Source: Vibrio vulnificus CMCP6 (GTDB taxonomy: Bacteria > Pseudomonadota > Gammaproteobacteria > Enterobacterales > Vibrionaceae). Taken from it: DNA of 32,000 nt. Below, piece after piece: positions 15,712-25,278 of the stretch; the first letter of the stretch is position 1, and the number at the start of each line of letters is the position of its first letter. The stretch is taken from the NCBI RefSeq assembly GCF_000039765.1, contig NC_004459.3, positions 510,001 through 542,000 of the forward strand, read 5' to 3'. The translations under genes and the position numbers were made by a program. The notes beneath the pieces are model-generated. The model saw only the letters and a program-made list of their open reading frames with translations. It had not been told where the DNA came from and did not search any database.

Positions 15712-17244
15712 TTACGCCTGAGGACGCATCGCTGGGAATAGAATAACGTCACGAATCGTGTGCGTGTTGGTCAGTAGCATCACTAGACGGTCGATGCCGA
15801 TACCTTGACCAGCAGTCGGTGGTAGGCCGTGCTCTAGTGCTGTGATGTAGTCTGCATCGTAGAACATGGCTTCGTCATCACCCGACTCTTTCGCTTCAAC
15901 CTGTGCTTTGAAACGTGCGTCTTGGTCTTCTGCATCGTTAAGCTCAGAGAAACCGTTCGCCACTTCACGGCCACCGATGAAGAACTCAAAGCGGTCTGTG
16001 AAGAACGGGTTGTCATCGCTACGACGAGCCAGTGGAGAGATATCTGCTGGGTAGCCAGTGATGAACGTTGGCTGCATTAGCTTAGGTTCTGCTGTTTCAC
16101 CAAAGATCTCTTCAAGAAGCTGACCACATGTCCAGAAAGGTTCGACTTCTACGTGAACCGATTTCGCGATAGAAACCATTAGGTCACGGTTTTGAATGTC
16201 TTCTTCCGTTAGCGCTTGGATTTGCGCGTGGTCTGGGTTGTAGTGCTTGATTGCTTCAAACATGCTCATGCGAGTGTATGTGCCACCAAACTCAACAGTA
16301 TGCTCACCGTAAGGCATTGACGTTGAACCTAGAACTTCTAAAGCCACCGAGCTTAGTAGCTCTTCAGTTAGATCCATCAGATCTTTGTAGTCCGCGTACG
16401 CCATGTAGAATTCCATCATAGTGAATTCAGGGTTGTGACGTGGAGAAAGACCTTCGTTACGGAAGTTACGGTTGATTTCGAATACGCGATCAAAACCACC
16501 AACAACTAGACGCTTCAGGTATAGCTCTGGCGCAATACGTAGGTACATTGGCATATCTAGCGCATTGTGGTGCGTAACAAATGGACGCGCACTCGCACCG
16601 CCAGGGATCACGTGCATCATTGGCGTTTCAACTTCCATGAACTGTTTAGAGATCATGAAATTACGGATTGCCGACATCACTTTTGAACGTACTACAAACG
16701 CATTACGAGAATCTTCATTCACGATGAGGTCAACATAACGCTGACGGTAACGCATTTCTTGGTCAGTGAGACCGTGGAACTTCTCTGGCAGTGGACGAAG
16801 TGCTTTAGTTAGCAACTCGTACTCTTCCATGTTTACGTATAGGTCGCCTTTGCCAGATTTGTGCAGCGCACCTTTCACACCGATGATGTCACCGATATCA
16901 AGACCTTGGTATTTGTCTTTCAATACTTTTTGTACATCTTTGTCCGCGTAAGCCTGGATACGACCAGAAGTTTCTTGGATCACCAAGAATGGACCACGTT
17001 TCGCCATAACACGACCCGCAATAGCAACAACGTGGTTAAGTGCTTCTAGCTCTTCCTTACTCTTTTCACCGAACTCTTTTTGAAGGTCGCCAGCTAGGCT
17101 GTCACGACGGAAGTCGTTTGGGTGGCCATTTGCTTTGCAGCTCTTTCGGATTTGATCCAATTTTGCGCGGCGTTCAGCAATGAGCTTATTCTCTTCTTGT
17201 GCAGAGGCTTCTTGTACAGTTTCGTTTTGAACAGCATCAGTCAT
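15712..17244 (-). CDS. lysS: Lysine--tRNA ligase (class II)
   Basis: 510 aa, full-length LysRS similarity (...[10 protein letters not shown]...[11 protein letters not shown]...FRNEG...[12 protein letters not shown]...). The start lies 32 nt downstream of the prfB stop, as in the E. coli prfB-lysS operon. Confidence 0.96.
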   Translation of the reverse strand: MTDAVQNETVQEASAQEENKLIAERRAKLDQIRKSCKANGHPNDFRRDSLAGDLQKEFGEKSKEELEALNHVVAIAGRVMAKRGPFLVIQETSGRIQAYADKDVQKVLKDKYQGLDIGDIIGVKGALHKSGKGDLYVNMEEYELLTKALRPLPEKFHGLTDQEMRYRQRYVDLIVNEDSRNAFVVRSKVMSAIRNFMISKQFMEVETPMMHVIPGGASARPFVTHHNALDMPMYLRIAPELYLKRLVVGGFDRVFEINRNFRNEGLSPRHNPEFTMMEFYMAYADYKDLMDLTEELLSSVALEVLGSTSMPYGEHTVEFGGTYTRMSMFEAIKHYNPDHAQIQALTEEDIQNRDLMVSIAKSVHVEVEPFWTCGQLLEEIFGETAEPKLMQPTFITGYPADISPLARRSDDNPFFTDRFEFFIGGREVANGFSELNDAEDQDARFKAQVEAKESGDDEAMFYDADYITALEHGLPPTAGQGIGIDRLVMLLTNTHTIRDVILFPAMRPQA

Positions 17245-17276
17245 TTTCGATGTATCCTGTTTAGTCGGTGAAAAGC

Positions 17277-18375
17277 TTAAAGGCCTGATTTCAGGCTAGC
17301 TTCAATAAATTTGTCCAGATCACCGTCAAGAACCGCTTGAGTATTACGGTTTTCGACGCCCGTACGGAGGTCTTTAATGCGTGAATCATCCAATACGTAA
17401 GAACGGATCTGGCTACCCCAGCCAATGTCAGACTTAGCGTCTTCATTAGCTTGTTTTTCCGCATTTTGCTTTTGCAACTCAAGTTCAAACAGCTTAGCGC
17501 GAAGCTGCTTCATCGCTTGATCTTTGTTTTTGTGTTGAGAACGGTCGTTCTGACACTGAACCACGGTATTCGTTGGTACGTGGGTAATACGTACCGCAGA
17601 TTCGGTGGTGTTTACGTGCTGACCACCCGCACCAGACGCACGATACACGTCAATACGGAGATCGGCAGGGTTAATGTCGATGTCGATGTTTTCATCAATC
17701 TCTGGGTAAACAAACGCAGAAGCAAAAGAAGTGTGACGACGACCGCCTGAGTCAAACGGAGACTTACGCACCAAACGGTGAACACCCGTTTCGGTACGCA
17801 ACCAACCATAAGCATAATCACCGATAATACGTACGGTGACCGACTTAAGGCCAGCAACATCTCCTTCGGAGACTTCGATCACTTCGGTTTTGAAGCCTTT
17901 CGCTTCAGCCCAACGAAGATACATGCGAAGCATCATGCTCGTCCAGTCTTGTGCTTCTGTACCGCCAGAACCTGCTTGCAGGTCAATATAGCAATCTGAA
18001 GAATCGTGTGCGCCAGAGAACATGCGACGGAACTCTAGGCCCGCGAGCTTCTCTTCTAAAGCTTCAAGTTCTGGACCGATTTCATCAAAGGTCTCTTGAT
18101 CTTCAGCTTCAATGGCCAACTCAAGCAAACCTTCAACGTCATCCACACCTTGATCAAGTTGATCAATGGTTTCAACAACCGCTTCCAGTGACGCACGTTC
18201 ACGACCGAGAGCTTGCGCTCGATCAGGCTCGTTCCAAACGTCCGGTTGTTCAAGTTCTGCGTTAACTTCTTCTAGACGCTCTTTCTTAGCGTCATAGTCA
18301 AAGATACCCCCTCAGGACATTTGTGCGCTCAGACACGTCCTGTAGACGGTTTTTAATGGGATTGATTTCAAACAT
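17277..18375 (-). CDS. prfB: Peptide chain release factor 2, requires a programmed +1 frameshift (25 + 340 codons = 365 aa)
   Basis: Frame 0 runs from ATG 18375 and encodes [25 protein letters not shown], then an in-frame TGA (18300-18298). Shifting +1 gives [38 protein letters not shown]...[10 protein letters not shown]..., which joins the track ORF 17277..18146. SPF and GGQ (SGAGGQHVN) motifs are present. Confidence 0.96.
18297..18312 (-). other. prfB programmed +1 ribosomal frameshift site
   Basis: The minus strand reads AGGGGG TAT CTT TGA C. This is an internal Shine-Dalgarno-like AGGGGG, the slippery CUU codon and a UGA stop followed by C, identical in form to the E. coli prfB autoregulatory site. 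Confidence 0.95.
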
Positions 18376-18476
18376 GTTGGCTCAACATTTTAGAGTAGAA
18401 TTTAACCGAGGAATTCTACTCAAAAATGTGACAGAGATACAGGAAAAATTGGGAAGAAATTTGCCGAATCCTGAAG

Positions 18477-18510
18477 AGAAAAAAGGAGCGAGATTCGTTC
18501 TCACTCCTTT
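18477..18510 (-). terminator. Rho-independent terminator of recJ
   Basis: The minus strand reads AAGGAGTGAGAA-cgaa-TCTCGCTCCTT followed by TTTTTCTCTTC, starting 9 nt after the recJ stop. Confidence 0.75.
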
Positions 18511-18518
18511 AATGACGG

Positions 18519-20258
18519 TTATCGAGCTTCGATGTGTTCAATCATCAATTGCAACGATTGATTGTTGCGAAACTCATTGATATCCAGTTTGTAGGCAAGG
18601 CGAACGGTTTTCACCGAGGCATCTGGCCAGCGACGTAAATCGACGTTGAAGGCGATCCCGTCAATCATGATGTTGGTTGGATGACCTTTGAATAGAGGCT
18701 CAAGCATCAATTTTAGATGTTTTTCGCCGACCAATTTCTGGTGTAGCACTTTAAATTCGCCATCAAAAATGGGCTCTGGAAATGCCTGCCCCCAAGGCCC
18801 CGCAGATCGCAGCAGCTCCGCAGTATGCATAGAAAACTCTTCAGGCTTGAGTTCGCCATCAGAAAGCACAATACCTTTCAGTGCGGCTTCATCCAATTCG
18901 CGTTTCACCAGTTGATCAAACAGCTGACTAAATCGTTCAAAATCGCACTCTTTGATGGTCAAGCCAGCCGCCATCGCATGACCACCAAATTTGAGGATCA
19001 AGCCGGGATTTTGTGTGTCAATCAAGTCCAGCGCATCGCGCATGTGTAGGCCAGGAATAGAGCGACAGGATCCTTTGATATACCCATCGCCACCATCGGC
19101 AAATGCAATCACCGGACGATGATATTTCTCTTTGATTCTCGACGCTAGAATGCCAATCACGCCCTGATGCCAATCACGCTGGAAAAGAGCCAAACCATAA
19201 GGCAACTCGCTGTTTTCGCCAAACTGCAGACGTTCACAAAACGCCATTGCCTCTTGCTTCATGCCCTCTTCAATTTCTTTACGAGTTTGATTGAGCCCGT
19301 CCAGTTCATGCGCCATACGACGCGCCGCGTGGATGTTGTTGCACATCAGCAATTCAACCCCAAACGACATGTCATCCAGACGCCCTGCGGCATTGATGCG
19401 CGGGCCCAGTGCAAAACCGAAATCTGCCGCCACCAAACGACGAGCATCGCGCTTGGCCACTTCAATCAAGGCTTGAATACCCGGACGCGCTTTCCCGGCG
19501 CGAATGCGCTGCAGGCCCTGGTGCACCAAAATGCGGTTGTTCTCATCCAGCGGAACAACATCCGCAACGGTGCCTAAGGCCACCAAATCCACCAGCTCCA
19601 TCAGCTTCGGCTCTGCCATACCTTGCTCGGCAAACCAACCGCATTTACGCATGTGGACACACAAGGCCATCATCAGATAAAAAGCCACGCCAACCCCAGC
19701 CAGTGCTTTGGAAGGAAAAGCGCAGGTCTGTAAGTTTGGATTGACCATCGCATCTACCTCAGGCAACACTTGCCCGGGCAAATGGTGATCGGTCACCAAC
19801 ACTTTTAAGCCATGCTCTTTGGCATAACGCACCCCTTCAATGGAGGAGACGCCGTTATCCACGGTCATGATCACTTCAGCGCCCAAGGCGATAGCCTGCT
19901 CGACCACTTCAGGGCTCAAACCATAGCCATCTTCAAAGCGGTTGGGCACTAAGTAGTCGACATTGTTGCTGCCAAGCATGCGCAGGGCAAGCACTGAGAG
20001 TGCCGAACTGGTCGCGCCATCGGCATCAAAATCCCCGACCACAATAATTCGCTTCTGCTCACGTATAGCCTCAAAAAGCAGCTCAACGGCAAGTTCAATT
20101 CCGTGCAGTTTTTGGTATGAATGCAACCCTTTGACGGCAGTTTCCAACTGGCTTATGTCTTGAATACCACGGTTGAGATAGATGCGTTTGAGGATATCCG
20201 GCACACTGTCGGGCAAGAGGGAAAGATCGGGTTCTGGTCGTCGTTGTATTTCTATCAT
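18519..20258 (-). CDS. recJ: Single-stranded-DNA-specific 5'-3' exonuclease RecJ
   Basis: 579 aa with DHH motifs (IIVVGDFDADGATS, ...VTDHH...) and a DHHA1 region (GGHAMAAG). The xerD-dsbC-recJ order is conserved. Confidence 0.96.
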   Translation of the reverse strand: MIEIQRRPEPDLSLLPDSVPDILKRIYLNRGIQDISQLETAVKGLHSYQKLHGIELAVELLFEAIREQKRIIVVGDFDADGATSSALSVLALRMLGSNNVDYLVPNRFEDGYGLSPEVVEQAIALGAEVIMTVDNGVSSIEGVRYAKEHGLKVLVTDHHLPGQVLPEVDAMVNPNLQTCAFPSKALAGVGVAFYLMMALCVHMRKCGWFAEQGMAEPKLMELVDLVALGTVADVVPLDENNRILVHQGLQRIRAGKARPGIQALIEVAKRDARRLVAADFGFALGPRINAAGRLDDMSFGVELLMCNNIHAARRMAHELDGLNQTRKEIEEGMKQEAMAFCERLQFGENSELPYGLALFQRDWHQGVIGILASRIKEKYHRPVIAFADGGDGYIKGSCRSIPGLHMRDALDLIDTQNPGLILKFGGHAMAAGLTIKECDFERFSQLFDQLVKRELDEAALKGIVLSDGELKPEEFSMHTAELLRSAGPWGQAFPEPIFDGEFKVLHQKLVGEKHLKLMLEPLFKGHPTNIMIDGIAFNVDLRRWPDASVKTVRLAYKLDINEFRNNQSLQLMIEHIEAR

Positions 20259-20309
20259 TAATTGAATAGAGCCCGCGGGTCAGACGCGCAGGCTCTGCTC
20301 CTTGAAGGT

Positions 20310-21095
20310 TTATTGTTGCTGTAAGCGCTCTAGCAGTTTTTCTGGTGGCAAGTAACCAGCAACCAGTTCACCATTTGGCAAGAAAATTGCAGGCGTGCCT
20401 GTAATACCGAGTTGCTGACCAAGTTGGTAATGTTGAGCCACGGTCTGCTTGCACTGTTGTAAATCATTTTTCGCTGGGGCAAATTTGCGGTTCACTTTAG
20501 CATCATGCATCGCTTCTTGCGGATTAGCGGCACACCAGATGCCCGCCATTTGTTCTGCCACTGGGCCCGTGCCACCTTGGCGTGGGTATGCCATGTAACG
20601 CACGGTGATACCTAAGTCATTGTAGCCCTGCATCTGGCTGTGTAGACGAACGCAGTAACCACAAGTAATGTCGGTAAACACTGTCACCACGTATTTTTCA
20701 TCTTTGGCTTTGTACTCGATCGCGCTGTCAGCAAATTCGGCAATTTTCTTGGCGTTGAGCGGCGCTTGGCGTTCTGCAATCACATCCTTGTATTGACCAT
20801 TTTCGTCAATGGCATACAAGGTTCCTGCGATAAAGTGGCTACCGTCATTAGACGCAAATAACACCCCGCCACTGGTTTGAATTTCGACTAAACCAGCCAC
20901 ATCCGAAGGTTGAATATCCATGATGTTCAGGCCCAGCTTGGAAAAACGAGCTTTGAGAGCCTCGCTATCAAAATGCGTGCTCGCCGCCACTTGTGCCGCT
21001 GGCTGAGCTGTTTCGACAGCTTGGCTTTCTTCAGCACCGCAGGCCGTCACAAAGAGAGGAAGAGTTAAAAGAGTTAATCGGCGTAATACGCTCAT
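20310..21095 (-). CDS. dsbC: Thiol:disulfide interchange protein DsbC, with an apparent lipoprotein signal peptide
   Basis: FTDITCGYCVRLH (CGYC active site), ...ITVRYMAYPRQG...IWCA...GTPAIFL, collinear with E. coli DsbC. The start is set at ATG 21095 (AAGGTGA Shine-Dalgarno). The N-terminus MSVLRRLTLLTLPLFVTAC carries a lipobox. Confidence 0.9.
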   Translation of the reverse strand: MSVLRRLTLLTLPLFVTACGAEESQAVETAQPAAQVAASTHFDSEALKARFSKLGLNIMDIQPSDVAGLVEIQTSGGVLFASNDGSHFIAGTLYAIDENGQYKDVIAERQAPLNAKKIAEFADSAIEYKAKDEKYVVTVFTDITCGYCVRLHSQMQGYNDLGITVRYMAYPRQGGTGPVAEQMAGIWCAANPQEAMHDAKVNRKFAPAKNDLQQCKQTVAQHYQLGQQLGITGTPAIFLPNGELVAGYLPPEKLLERLQQQ

Positions 21096-21121
21096 TAAAA
21101 TCACCTTGTCGTTATTCCGCT

Positions 21122-22039
21122 TTAAGCACGCGGATGATGTTGGCTATGAATCTGTTTTAGTCGTTCTGTTGCCACGTGAGTATAAATTTGCGTGGTCGAT
21201 AAGTCACTATGACCAAGCAGCATCTGTACGACCCTGAGATCGGCCCCATAGTTCAATAAATGGGTGGCGAAAGCGTGCCTCAAAACGTGTGGTGACAAAT
21301 GATCAGTATCGATACCTGCAATCACCGCATAGAACTTGATGCGATGCCAAAAGGTTTGTCTGGTCATTTGTCTGGCACGCTTACTTGGAAACACCACATC
21401 CGAAGAGGTTTCACCCAATAACGCCGGACGACCTTGTTTGATAAAGGTTTCGATCCAGTCGATGGCATTTTCCCCCATGGGCACTAAGCGCTCTTTGCCA
21501 CCTTTACCCGTCACCCGCACCACACCTTGACGCAAGCTGATGTTTTCCATGGTTAAACTCACCAGCTCGGTAACACGCAATCCCGTGGCATACAGTAGCT
21601 CAAGCATGGCTTTGTCACGCAGTTCCACCGGATCATTCGGATCGGGCGCATCCAATAACGCATCGACCTGCTCTTCACTGATGTCTTTTGGCAAACGTTG
21701 CGGTAATTTAGGGCTGACCAATAGGGCACTAGGATCATCGGCGCGCACTTTTTCTCGATGAAGATATTGAAACAGACGACGAATCGCTGACAACATCCGT
21801 GCTCTTGAAGTCTGCTTGTAGTCTTGATCCACCAAATAGCTTTGGTATTGCTGAAGCCCAGACAGGCTGATGAAATCGAGCCGATAATGATTCGCCTCCA
21901 TCCACTGCAATAACTTCATCAGATCGTTGCGGTAAGAGGCCAACGTATTCTCTGCGAGGCCTCGCTCCATCCACATCGCATCGAGAAATTGCTCTACGTA
22001 GCCAAAATCTTGCATATTAACCGATGCCGTTTGTTGCAT
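21122..22039 (-). CDS. xerD: Site-specific tyrosine recombinase XerD
   Basis: ...VEQFLDAMWMERGLAENTLASYRNDL...LLYATGLRVTELV...HVLRHAFATHLLNYGADLRVVQMLLGHSDLSTTQIYTHVATERLKQIHSQHHPRA is nearly collinear with E. coli XerD. The start is ambiguous: ATG 22039 has an AAGG Shine-Dalgarno, GTG 22045 is the track start, and ATG 22015 best matches the E. coli N-terminus. Confidence 0.93.
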   Translation of the reverse strand: MQQTASVNMQDFGYVEQFLDAMWMERGLAENTLASYRNDLMKLLQWMEANHYRLDFISLSGLQQYQSYLVDQDYKQTSRARMLSAIRRLFQYLHREKVRADDPSALLVSPKLPQRLPKDISEEQVDALLDAPDPNDPVELRDKAMLELLYATGLRVTELVSLTMENISLRQGVVRVTGKGGKERLVPMGENAIDWIETFIKQGRPALLGETSSDVVFPSKRARQMTRQTFWHRIKFYAVIAGIDTDHLSPHVLRHAFATHLLNYGADLRVVQMLLGHSDLSTTQIYTHVATERLKQIHSQHHPRA

Positions 22040-22198
22040 GGACACACCTTAAATCACTGTAAATCAACAGTGCTGAGAGTAAGACAGCCACAGATTTAAT
22101 GCTATAAAAAATCCATTCGGACGCGATATTCGCTGCAATCCTCCGCAGAATCGAGGTAGAATTCGCCATCGCATGGCAAAACAGTACTGATAACGCAG

Positions 22199-22717
22199 AT
22201 GAAAATCGGACTTTTTTACGGCTCAACCACCTGTTACACCGAAATGGCGGCAGAAAAAATGCGCGCCATTTTGGGGGATGACTTGGTTGAGATCCATAAT
22301 GTCAAAGAGTGCGACCTCGCACAAATGGCAGACTATGACCTGCTGCTTCTTGGCATTTCCACTTGGGATTTTGGCGAAATTCAAGAAGATTGGGCTGCCA
22401 TTTGGCACGATCTCGCCTCCTCACCAGTGCAAGGTAAAACCATCGCACTTTTCGGTCTTGGTGACCAAGAAGGTTATGGTGAATGGTATCTCGACGCGAT
22501 GGGATTGCTGCACGATGAGCTTAAAGCGGTAGGTGCGGAGTTCATCGGCTATTGGCCAAATCAAGGCTACCAGTTTGAAGCCTCCAAAGCCCTCACTGAA
22601 GATGGCAGCCACTTTGTTGGCTTGGCGCTCGATGAAGATTCCCAATACGAATTGAGCGACGAGCGCATTGAAACTTGGATTGAGCAAGTTCTAACGGAAT
22701 TTCACGACAAGCTGTAA
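22199..22717 (+). CDS. fldB: Flavodoxin 2
   Basis: [26 protein letters not shown]...[14 protein letters not shown]...[12 protein letters not shown]...LSDERIETW is collinear with E. coli FldB. It is divergent from xerD, as in E. coli. Confidence 0.93.
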   Translation: MKIGLFYGSTTCYTEMAAEKMRAILGDDLVEIHNVKECDLAQMADYDLLLLGISTWDFGEIQEDWAAIWHDLASSPVQGKTIALFGLGDQEGYGEWYLDAMGLLHDELKAVGAEFIGYWPNQGYQFEASKALTEDGSHFVGLALDEDSQYELSDERIETWIEQVLTEFHDKL

Positions 22718-22767
22718 CGCTTAAGGCGAATTTTCTGAATCTCGCCGGTTTGTGAATCAGAAGTCAG

Positions 22768-22800
22768 CAAAAAGCCCGTCACATTGGACGGGCTTTTTAT
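22768..22800. terminator. Bidirectional terminator between fldB and brnQ
   Basis: AAAAAGCCCGTC-acattg-GACGGGCTTTTT, a perfect 8-bp GC-rich stem with an A-run and a T-run. Confidence 0.85.
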
Positions 22801-22828
22801 TGTCTTACGTTTTCTTAAAGTGCTGCGA

Positions 22829-24142
22829 TTAAGCGGCTTCTTCAGCCAGTTCTTGACGAACAGAGCGGCTGACAAAGAACATACACACAATCGCCGTCAT
22901 GGTTGGTAGCAACCACGCCATGCCCACTTCAAATAGCGGCAGTACTTTGAATGCAGACACATCCACGCCCGCCACTTTTGCTGCATCAATCAAGGCAAAC
23001 AGCAGTGAAACAAGGATAACCACGCGGTACGCCACTTGTGGGTTTGGCAATTTCTTACGCACGAAAGTCAGTGCCACCAACGCAATGGCCACTGGGTATA
23101 GTGCAAACAGGACCGGCACAGACAGAGCGATAAGCTGTGCAAGACCAACATTCGCCACCACAGCACAAGCAACGCCATTGATCACAACCCACGCTTTGTA
23201 TGAAAGCGGAGTCAGTGAGCTGAAGTAATCTGAACACGCTGAGATCAGACCAATCGCAGTGGTTAAACAGGCAAGCAGTACAATTACAGACAACACGATT
23301 TGACCATAAGGACCAAACAGCGCTTGAACGTATAGGCTGAGAACCACGCCACCGTTGTCTGCACCAGAGGCCACCGCCGCGCTCGTTGCGCCAAGGTAGA
23401 ACAATGAGATGTAAACAAATGCCAGACCGGCTGCAGCAATGAAACCTGCGTAAATCAGGTATTTAGTCGTTGCAGAACGCTCCGTAATACCACGGCTGCG
23501 CAGCGCATCAACGATCAGCATACCGAACATCAGTGAACCAAACGTATCCATGGTGTTGTAACCTTCAAGGAAACCTTTGGTGAGTGGCTGTGTTAGATAC
23601 TCACCTTGCGCAGCAAGCATTTCGCCCTGAGGATCAATAAATACCGCAAGCGCCAAAATAATCAGACCAACAAACAACGCCGGTGTTAATACCTTACCAA
23701 TGATGTCAATCAGTTTGCCTTGCGACCAAGAAAAGAACATCGCCACCGCAAAGAAAAGGATCGAGAAAATGGTCAAATGCGACTGAAGCGCATCAACAAA
23801 GAAAGGCTTCACCGCCATTTCGTAGGCTACTAGGCCAGTACGTGGCGCGGCAAACGCAGGACCGATGATGATAAAAATCAATACCGCCATCAATGTTGCT
23901 GCTTGTTTAGGAAGATCTTTGGTTAAGTGATCCCAAGATCCACCAGCAACGGCAATGGCAATAATGGTGATCAAAGGAAGACCTACTGCCGTCACAAGGA
24001 AGCCTGACATCGCAGGGAACAGATGCTCACCCGCAAGTTGACCTGCTAGAGGAGGGAAAATAATGTTGCCCGCTCCCAAGAAAAACGCAAACAGCATAAA
24101 GCCGACTGCGATAATATCGGTTAGTTTTAAAGTCTGATTCAC
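22829..24142 (-). CDS. brnQ: Branched-chain amino acid:cation symporter (LIVCS family)
   Basis: 437-aa, 12-TM protein. The N-terminus (M)NQTLKLTDIIAVGFMLFAFFLGAGNIIFPP is the BrnQ signature. GTG start with an AAGGG Shine-Dalgarno 6 nt upstream. Confidence 0.92.
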   Translation of the reverse strand: MNQTLKLTDIIAVGFMLFAFFLGAGNIIFPPLAGQLAGEHLFPAMSGFLVTAVGLPLITIIAIAVAGGSWDHLTKDLPKQAATLMAVLIFIIIGPAFAAPRTGLVAYEMAVKPFFVDALQSHLTIFSILFFAVAMFFSWSQGKLIDIIGKVLTPALFVGLIILALAVFIDPQGEMLAAQGEYLTQPLTKGFLEGYNTMDTFGSLMFGMLIVDALRSRGITERSATTKYLIYAGFIAAAGLAFVYISLFYLGATSAAVASGADNGGVVLSLYVQALFGPYGQIVLSVIVLLACLTTAIGLISACSDYFSSLTPLSYKAWVVINGVACAVVANVGLAQLIALSVPVLFALYPVAIALVALTFVRKKLPNPQVAYRVVILVSLLFALIDAAKVAGVDVSAFKVLPLFEVGMAWLLPTMTAIVCMFFVSRSVRQELAEEAA

Positions 24143-24450
24143 AGATAACCCTTAGAATAATTCTGAATGATGTTGTGTATGCATTCGCCGCTCTTGCGAC
24201 CGACGATTGTGCTAATTTTAGGGGCGCATAATGACGAAATGACCACCAATTGGCAACCTTTAAGCCCGAAAACACTATATTAATTTATATAAGTGACAAT
24301 ATCACAGTGAATGTGACTGAGATCTAATTTGTATTTAGACAGATAACCTACACAATGCCGCATCAAAGCGATAACAGATAGAGAAATAATTCAAACAAAT
24401 CCTTAACAATGGTTTTTCTATCTAGAAATAGAGAAAATGAAGAGATAAAC

Positions 24451-25170
24451 ATGAAGAGTGGCACATTAAAAACTAAAGGGTTCAAATTTAAACAGTTTTC
24501 AATCGCCAGCAGCAACTCAGGTATGCCTGTCAGTACTGATGGTGTATTACTTGGTGCTTGGGCCGACTTCCATCACTGCCAAAACCTACTCGATATTGGT
24601 ACAGGGACAGGATTGCTTAGCTTGATGTGCGCTCAGCGATACGTACATCTTTCGATCACAGCCGTCGATATTGACGCGCATGCCATGGAAGCCGCACAAG
24701 AAAACTTCAGCCACAGCCCTTGGCACTCAAGGCTTCAGTTGCAACACGGTGACGTACTCAAGCTCAATTTTACACATCGTTTTGATGGCATTATTTGTAA
24801 CCCGCCTTATTTTAATAGCGGCGAACAAGCCCAAGCGACGCAGCGCGCTACCGCCAGACACACCGATACTCTGGCCCACGATGCGCTGTTATTACGCTGC
24901 AGAGAATTACTCACCCCGAATGGCAAAGCCAACTTTGTGTTGCCACTGACCGAGGGAGAACAATTTCTGCAACTCGCTCAACAGCAAGGTTGGCACCTGC
25001 ACCGGCTATGTCGTGTCAAGCCTAGTCCGAATAAGCCTGTTCATCGCTTACTGTTTGAACTCGGTTTATCCACGGCTACAACGAGTGAAGAGCATCTCAC
25101 GATCAACGATGGATCGACCTACAGCGCAGCCTTTGTCAAACTGTGCCAGGATTTTTATCTCAAGATGTAG
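24451..25170 (+). CDS. yfiC: tRNA1(Val) (adenine37-N6)-methyltransferase (YfiC/TrmN6)
   Basis: From ATG 24451: MKSGTLKTKGFKFKQFSIA...VSTDGVLLGAWA...LLDIGTGTGLLSLM (SAM motif)...IICNPPYF (NPPY). It is collinear with E. coli YfiC and adjacent to srmB. The track start at 24409 adds 14 residues with no homologue counterpart. Confidence 0.88.
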   Translation: MKSGTLKTKGFKFKQFSIASSNSGMPVSTDGVLLGAWADFHHCQNLLDIGTGTGLLSLMCAQRYVHLSITAVDIDAHAMEAAQENFSHSPWHSRLQLQHGDVLKLNFTHRFDGIICNPPYFNSGEQAQATQRATARHTDTLAHDALLLRCRELLTPNGKANFVLPLTEGEQFLQLAQQQGWHLHRLCRVKPSPNKPVHRLLFELGLSTATTSEEHLTINDGSTYSAAFVKLCQDFYLKM

Positions 25171-25278
25171 AAATAACGTGTGATCAAAATCACCGAACAC
25201 TCTATAATATTCGCCCTTTTAAACTATTGCTGCCCATTGAACTTTGTATCTCAGGGCATTGCTTGTGGAGAACACGCT

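Noticed and set aside
21122-22039. A tyrosine recombinase gene as a possible marker of an integrated mobile element or genomic island.
   Set aside because: The protein is collinear with chromosomal XerD along its full length, including the C-terminal HSDLSTTQIYTHVATERL...HHPRA. It sits in the conserved xerD-dsbC-recJ / fldB context. There are no flanking repeats, att-like sites, tRNA, or phage/transposon genes.
22055-22072. Inverted repeat CACTGT-aaatca-ACAGTG just upstream of xerD, which resembles an SOS (LexA) box.
   Set aside because: It reads CTG-n8-CAG, whereas the gammaproteobacterial LexA box is CTG-n10-CAG. With the wrong spacing it is kept only as an unexplained small palindrome.
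24293-24306. CRP-like palindrome GTGACAATATCACA upstream of brnQ / yfiC.
   Set aside because: The half-sites are separated by 5 nt, not the 6 nt required by TGTGA-n6-TCACA, and the leading T is missing. I cannot support a CRP call.
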